From assembly GCF_003334765.1 (NCBI RefSeq), contig NZ_QOWT01000010.1: DNA of 64,000 nt; one strand, written 5' to 3'. The stretch comes from Escherichia coli (GTDB taxonomy: Bacteria > Pseudomonadota > Gammaproteobacteria > Enterobacterales > Enterobacteriaceae). Below, in pieces: positions 63,878 to 64,000 of this stretch. Position 1 is the first letter of the stretch. Each line of letters starts with the position of its first letter. Made by a program: the position numbers and the translations under genes. The notes beneath the pieces were generated by a model, which saw only the letters and a list, made by a program, of their open reading frames with translations, was not told the DNA's origin and searched no databases.

Positions 63878-64000
63878 ATGATCCTGCTTATAGATAACTA
63901 CGATTCTTTTACCTGGAACCTCTACCAGTACTTTTGTGAACTGGGGGCGGATGTGCTGGTTAAGCGCAACGATGCGTTGACGCTGGCGGATATCGACGCC
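63878..64000 (+). CDS. pabA: Aminodeoxychorismate synthase component II (5' end only; continues beyond window)
   Basis: Hand translation from ATG at 63878: [41 protein letters not shown], the glutamine amidotransferase N-terminus. Confidence 0.85.
   Translation, partial: MILLIDNYDSFTWNLYQYFCELGADVLVKRNDALTLADIDA

Overview
This window reads as a contiguous, collinear stretch of the Escherichia coli K-12-type chromosome running from malT to the start of pabA, in reverse orientation relative to the usual K-12 map. I recognise 58 protein-coding genes from their translated sequences: malT (5' part), malPQ, gntT, nfuA, gntX, bioH, rpnA/yhgA, feoABC, tex/yhgF, greB, ompR-envZ, pck, yhgE, hslO-hslR, yrfG, igaA, nudE, mrcA, hofMNOPQ, aroK-aroB-damX-dam-rpe-gph-trpS, yhfZ-yhfY-yhfX-yhfW-php-yhfU-yhfT-yhfS, frlRDCBA, yhfL, cysG-nirC-nirD-nirB, tsgA, ppiA, yhfG-fic and pabA (5' end). 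Many ORF-track entries carry N-terminal extensions; I trimmed these to internal starts that give the protein lengths I recall for the K-12 products. I see no rRNA, tRNA, CRISPR array, IS element or prophage, and no inserted gene that breaks the K-12 gene order. Intergenic features I can support are REP/BIME palindromes at convergent junctions, several hairpin-plus-T-tract terminators, and candidate operator sites (MalT boxes, GntR operators, Fur/FNR at feo, FNR/NarL at nirB, CRP at pck and ppiA). I found no evidence of a previously undescribed system. The most worthwhile second looks are the uncharacterised yhfZ-yhfS cluster, the YhfG-Fic pair with a non-canonical Fic motif, the cryptic hof operon, and structured RNA in the nirD-nirC spacer. 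All coordinates for regulatory sites and hairpins were counted by hand and may be off by a few bases.
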